Shown one piece after another: positions 59,606 through 64,000 of a stretch of 64,000 nucleotides of DNA (position 1 is its first letter; each line of letters opens with the position of its first letter). Below the pieces are notes generated by a model. It was given only the letters and a program-made list of their open reading frames with translations, was not told the origin of the DNA and did no database searches. The position numbers and the translations under genes were made by a program. The DNA is from Myxococcota bacterium. Lineage in GTDB: Bacteria; Myxococcota_A; Polyangia; Polyangiales; Sandaracinaceae. The DNA lies in assembly GCA_036149055.1 (NCBI GenBank), contig JAYZQJ010000017.1:1-64000 (forward strand). The letters are read 5' to 3'.

Positions 59606-59770
59606 GGCGTCCTGACCTTGCCTGATGAGGTGCTACTGGAGTTCGACATTCGTGCTGCTCTCGGCGCGACCGACTTGGGTACACTCGGATATGCACTCAC
59701 CGCCGCCACGAACACAGCCTCTCACGACGGCTGTCGAAGCCCAACGTCCCCTCGACCCTTGCTCGCGGTG

Positions 59771-60226
59771 GTGAACGTGCCTGTTGAATCCGCTGAGGGC
59801 GTGTACGAGCGCGCTCGCGCCTACGTCGGTGCCCTCGGCTCTGTCTGGTGCCGACCGGCCGACTACGACGGCACGGACTCGGAGCTTCACCTGGCGGTTC
59901 GTAGCGCGTTCGGATGCGTTCTCGAGGTGGATGGCGCTGCCAGACTTCAGCCGCCGGAGTTCGTGTTCAAGATCGTCTTCTCCGGAGTTCGGCTTCTCCG
60001 AATCACGAACTGCTTTGGTGGCACCGGTACAGCGTCCCTCGTCAACGTGGAGGGGACCCATCTGAAGCGATTCTCGGTCCGACCCGACTCCGGGGAGGCA
60101 GCCGTGATTGTCGAAGCCTCGCACTGCTTCCTCTCGGACCTCGATCCGAGGGACACGCGGCGAACTGGCGTCTGGTCTCCGCTACTCCTCGACGTCGAAC
60201 GCGCTGCCGGCTCGCGTCGCACCTAG
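59771..60226 (+). CDS. Hypothetical protein
   Basis: Globular-looking composition in the 3' part of the 59039..60226 ORF; weak codon bias. Confidence 0.4.
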   Translation: MNVPVESAEGVYERARAYVGALGSVWCRPADYDGTDSELHLAVRSAFGCVLEVDGAARLQPPEFVFKIVFSGVRLLRITNCFGGTGTASLVNVEGTHLKRFSVRPDSGEAAVIVEASHCFLSDLDPRDTRRTGVWSPLLLDVERAAGSRRT

Positions 60227-60373
60227 CTCAGCGAGGGGGGCCTCACCGCGAGCTCGACAATCCGTCGGCTGCGCCTCGGCCGGCCACGCCGTCAGCGCGG
60301 AGACCAGCACCGTGACCAGGGCCAAACCTCGATCGTTTCGCAGGATGGTCACCGTTCACCCGGTGCGGCCGAG

Positions 60374-60991
60374 CTATCGAGCATCGAAACCAAAATCGTC
60401 GGGGTATGGCTCGAACCGACCGGTCTCGAAGTACGGGTCTGGAGGTGCTGACAGAGCAGGCGGAAAGGCGGAGTGCAGGTCACCTGCAACTCTCTGCATC
60501 ACCGTACCACAGTCGTCGGAGACGACGGCCCGCATTCGACTATCCACTTGCCACATGAACGGCACCCAGCGACGCGAGCGGGGACTGAGGTACTGAAGCA
60601 CCTGACCAGGGCAGGTACCGAACGGGCCGCTACGGAAAGGCACCGTGTAGTACCCCGGCCAGAGCCTGGTCGTGGCCCGAAGAAACCGGCCAGTACCGGC
60701 CAACTGCAACGTCACCTCCCCGCCGGAGACCAGGAGCGCGCTCGGGCCTTGCCATTCCGATTGTTCAGATACGAAGCCACAGGATCTCATGTGGCTCGCG
60801 TGCTGCTCCATCTCCGTTTCTGGGCAACTACCTCCCGCGGGAGCCCAGACCGCGTCGAGACTGACTCTGCTAGCGCCCGGGGGGTTCGCCCGCTCCTGGG
60901 TAGGTCGGCTCGGGGCACCGCACGCTGAGAGGTGCGAGCCCGCCACAACCGCGAGGACGGCTATCGCCAGGCTGTGATCGGAAATGACCAA
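60374..60991 (-). CDS. Hypothetical lipoprotein
   Basis: LAIAVLAVVAGSHLSAC lipobox; weak codon bias. Confidence 0.45.
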   Translation of the reverse strand: MVISDHSLAIAVLAVVAGSHLSACGAPSRPTQERANPPGASRVSLDAVWAPAGGSCPETEMEQHASHMRSCGFVSEQSEWQGPSALLVSGGEVTLQLAGTGRFLRATTRLWPGYYTVPFRSGPFGTCPGQVLQYLSPRSRRWVPFMWQVDSRMRAVVSDDCGTVMQRVAGDLHSAFPPALSAPPDPYFETGRFEPYPDDFGFDAR

Positions 60992-61026
60992 GCTGTCGTC
61001 CTCGAGCGCGGCAGGCGAGAAAAGGT

Positions 61027-61605
61027 CTACCAGAGAACGGCAACGACGTCTCCGCCCACCAACGAGAACTGGAGCGCCTGGTCCCTCGTGCCGATGCGTA
61101 TTCGGCGGCGCTGCCCGCGGACCGAACGCAGGACCACCACGGCGAGGCCGTCAGGCCAAGCACCGTTCACGTAGACGATCGCATCGTAGAGACTCGTGGT
61201 GTCACAGGGCAGGCAGAACCTCCGCCCTCCCTCTCTTCGAGCGACGGTGACAGAGGCACAGTGCGCTGTCTCCGTGCTGAGATGTGCCCGCAGCCCGCAT
61301 GAGCTCCAGTAATGGCGACCGCCTTGACAACCGACCCAGAGCACCGAGGCGAACACGATGAGGAGCACACGACGGAATCCCGAACCGCCGCTACCGACGA
61401 ATGATGCTTGCACGCGCGAATCCGAGGGGCACCGACGAGCGAGGAACCAGCGCCGCCAGCGTGACCATGCGGTGGGCAGTAGCTCATCCATCCTCGTGGC
61501 CGGCGGGGACCCGTAGCCACACTCCGAAGCCTGGGCTGACGCTGCTCCAGGCACAGAGAGCGCGAGGGCCACCAAGAGCGACAGGCAATACTGGACGAAG
61601 TTCAC
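61027..61605 (-). CDS. Hypothetical secreted Cys-containing protein
   Basis: Signal-like LSLLVALALSVPGAASA; start uncertain. Confidence 0.35.
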   Translation of the reverse strand: MNFVQYCLSLLVALALSVPGAASAQASECGYGSPPATRMDELLPTAWSRWRRWFLARRCPSDSRVQASFVGSGGSGFRRVLLIVFASVLWVGCQGGRHYWSSCGLRAHLSTETAHCASVTVARREGGRRFCLPCDTTSLYDAIVYVNGAWPDGLAVVVLRSVRGQRRRIRIGTRDQALQFSLVGGDVVAVLW

Positions 61606-61754
61606 AATGACCTTCCCCTCGGGAGGGTGAACCCGGACGCCCGCCGCCCTGCATGTTTGTCGCAGAGCATCATCATGCCTGACGAGCCTTGCTGGCGATG
61701 TGGGCCGCGTGGAGACCCGCGCTTGGGTGGAGCTCGAATCCGCCGTCACTGCTC

Positions 61755-62348
61755 TCATCTCGCCCTCCTTCTGCGCCGCCGGCCACCTCGGCAGCACGCA
61801 CCGAGCGTCACGATCACGAGCGAGAACGGCACGCCTTCGAAGGATCCGACCGGGCTCCCGACGGCTGAACAGGCGGCGCATGTTCGACTCGGGCTGCTGA
61901 GCTCGGGCCCGACATCCCGCCACTGTCGCAGGCGTCTCAGCGTAGGCTCGTAGTCGGCTGCTCCCTCGCGCACGTCATGATTGCAGAGGGAGACGTACGC
62001 GACCTCCCGATGGTACGCGAAGACGAGTGTGCGGCTTCCGACCATCGGGGCGTTCACCGGACACATCGAATGGTCGAAGCCCACCGAGACGAGCTCGGCG
62101 GGGCGCCCCTTCAGGACCTCCTCGACTCGCGCCACGTACCAATCGGCGCCCGAGTCCGGGGGGTCTTCGTGCGGGCGAACGAGGACCACCCGGTAGATGA
62201 AGGTCGCCCCCGACCATGCTTCGCGAGCCGAGACGTGAGGGCAACTGCAAGCCTTGGCCGGGACCGAGACCAGGACGAGTCCAACGCACCCGACCAGGAA
62301 GATCACCCAGGAAGGCAGGCAGCTCACGCTCGGAGCGCTGGGGCGCAT
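61755..62348 (-). CDS. TIMP-like (CSC motif) secreted protein with MYXO-CTERM-like tail
   Basis: Signal ending AKA then CSCP; VEEVLKG, SMC, VSLC; C-terminal CSA..hydrophobic..RRRRRR. Confidence 0.55.
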   Translation of the reverse strand: MRPSAPSVSCLPSWVIFLVGCVGLVLVSVPAKACSCPHVSAREAWSGATFIYRVVLVRPHEDPPDSGADWYVARVEEVLKGRPAELVSVGFDHSMCPVNAPMVGSRTLVFAYHREVAYVSLCNHDVREGAADYEPTLRRLRQWRDVGPELSSPSRTCAACSAVGSPVGSFEGVPFSLVIVTLGACCRGGRRRRRRAR

Positions 62349-62476
62349 CGGGAACCTCGCCATCCGATCCCATCTTACACGGAGCTCGCGCCGCATCGCG
62401 CACCGTCACATGTGCGGGCGTCCCTGCCTCGGATCTTCCGATGGTTCGCGCCGCCGAGTGTTCTCGGTCGACCCGG

Positions 62477-63694
62477 CTACGGATACGCGGGGGCTCCGGC
62501 GAGGAGTCGATCGATCCCGTCCAGGTTCCCGAGTCCGCTCACGCATTCAGCGTAGGCGTCGAGCTTCCGCCGCCAGGCGCCCGGCGACACGCCAACCACT
62601 CTGTCGCCGATCACGCGCTTCCCGCGCTCGGGGCACCGCACGGAGGCCGCCGCGATGGCCAGGGCGTGGGGGTGGTCATTCTGGATGAGCGCCCGGAGAC
62701 AGAGCAGGGCGTCGTGCTCGACGACCTTTCGCAGGTAGGCGTCCGAGGAGTCCTGGGTCCGCATCAGACGCAGCTCGGAGGTGTCGCCGAGGACCTCCTG
62801 AATCTCGTGCCGCGTCGCCGCGGTGGGAGGTTCCAGCTCTCGCGCCTCGTGCCGCACCCGAGCCAGCGCGGCTGCGAGCACGAGCAGCGAGACGCCACGG
62901 CTCTCGAGATCGGCGCACACGATGGACGCCGCGGTGTCGAGGTGCGCCAGCTCGCCGAGCCACGTGCGCGCGGTCGATCGTACCCACTCCAGGCACGTCG
63001 GGACGACCTGGGCTGCGAGCGCGATGCTGTCGGGCGCGGTCACGCGCTCGAGCACGGCCCAGTCTATCGCCCCCACGGCACATTCCCCGTCGCCGAGGCT
63101 CTCGGGGAGGCAGTGACTCCAGGCCGCCGTCAGCAGGGAGCTCTGCACGCACCGCTCGCCGGCACGGAGCAAGCTGGCATGCGCGTCCCATGCGTTTCCG
63201 CTCGCGAGGTGGCGCGCCAGGGCGTCCCAGGTCAGCCCCAGCCCCGAGAGCATCAGGTCCGCCACCGGCGGTCCCTCCTGCTGCACGAAGGCCGCGCACT
63301 CCAGACCGACGGAGAGCCAACGCAGGCGTTCCTCGACCAGGGAAGCCCGCGCGAGATGGAGCGCGAGCGCGCCAGCCTCTACGGCCAGCGCGCCCACGCC
63401 GTCGCGCGGACTGTCGCCGAGCGACAAGGGGCTCTTGCCCGAGATCGCTCGGCAGACTTCGGACTGGCGAGTGGCTTCGAGCGCGCCGAACAGATCCTCG
63501 AACGAAGGGACGTCGCGCTCCGCCGAGAAGCGCTGCTCGAGCAGCGACGTGGCCGCTGCGACGAACCGGCTCTCGTACCGCGGCACCGCGTCGCAGAGCA
63601 CGGGGAAGACGTCGCAGCGCGTGGGGAAGCGCCTCGAGCGAGAGCCGCCCGCGACCCACCAATCAGCCCAGTCTCTCCAGATGTTCTCGTTCAT
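62477..63694 (-). CDS. Hypothetical helical protein
   Basis: Long ORF; ATG 63694 preceded by GAAGTG; no recognised motif. Confidence 0.45.
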   Translation of the reverse strand: MNENIWRDWADWWVAGGSRSRRFPTRCDVFPVLCDAVPRYESRFVAAATSLLEQRFSAERDVPSFEDLFGALEATRQSEVCRAISGKSPLSLGDSPRDGVGALAVEAGALALHLARASLVEERLRWLSVGLECAAFVQQEGPPVADLMLSGLGLTWDALARHLASGNAWDAHASLLRAGERCVQSSLLTAAWSHCLPESLGDGECAVGAIDWAVLERVTAPDSIALAAQVVPTCLEWVRSTARTWLGELAHLDTAASIVCADLESRGVSLLVLAAALARVRHEARELEPPTAATRHEIQEVLGDTSELRLMRTQDSSDAYLRKVVEHDALLCLRALIQNDHPHALAIAAASVRCPERGKRVIGDRVVGVSPGAWRRKLDAYAECVSGLGNLDGIDRLLAGAPAYP

Positions 63695-63720
63695 GAGCGG
63701 CACTTCGAGGAGGCGAGGGA

Positions 63721-63984
63721 TCAGGTCCCCGCGAGAACTGCGGCGTTCAACCGCGCTCGCGTCGCCTCGAGCAGCGGCGCCAGCACCTGACAGGTGATGG
63801 CCCCGCCGCTTCGCACCGCCCGGAAGTACGGGAGAATCCATCCATCGGCGGCCTCGACGAGGCTCAGATAGTCGGACGGCACGCTCGTTCCGAACGCGCG
63901 CACGATCTCCGCGTCGTCGACCGTCGCGCGGTGGGCGGAGGCTCGCGGCGGCACCAGCGCGACGAGTCGGTCCAGCGCGACCAT
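63721..63984 (-). pseudogene. SUKH/SMI1-KNR4-like immunity protein, short or truncated
   Basis: LVALVPP..AEIVRAFGTSVPSDYLSLVEAADG resembles the SUKH N-terminal LP.DY motif; SD GAGGAG upstream; only 87 aa. Confidence 0.5.
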
Positions 63985-64000
63985 GCGCGCTGGCTCCTCA

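Noticed and set aside
54300..64000. Integron cassette array
   Set aside because: No attC-like RYYYAAC..GTTRRRY sites or recurrent intergenic repeat seen by eye, and no integrase; an IntegronFinder run would settle it

Overview
Very GC-rich window that looks myxobacterial (Myxococcota, probably Polyangiales/Sandaracinaceae-like), judged from the TIGR02266-type PilZ genes, Cys-rich lipoproteins, membrane Ser/Thr kinase and PilT. From ~1 to 54 kb it is mostly dense core genome: ftsE-ftsX-envC, a GH113-like hydrolase, two large Cys-rich lipoproteins, panB-panC, three tandem PilZ genes, a NUDIX hydrolase, manA-hemH-GT2-deacetylase-kinase, rnhA, MOSC, AI-2E, pilT, a Fur-boxed feoAB, MoxR, mepA, a PARG/macrodomain-like gene, two TetRs, SEC-C and M48. 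The first 1 kb and 30.9-31.3 kb are non-coding clusters of palindromic REP-like repeats. From ~54 kb to the end the sequence has weaker codon bias and is locally lower in GC. It holds small, mostly co-oriented and partly decayed genes resembling an orphan poly-immunity array: a TA remnant, an ankyrin gene split at an in-phase G_GGA_AAG heptamer, a stand-alone EF-Tu domain III-like gene and a SUKH/SMI1-like fragment. Many genes have a TANNNT -10 box 6-9 nt before the start codon and no SD, suggesting widespread leaderless mRNAs. No rRNA, tRNA, CRISPR array or intact mobile element was found. All family assignments come from motif recognition by eye; no searches were run. Several start codons were moved from the ORF track.
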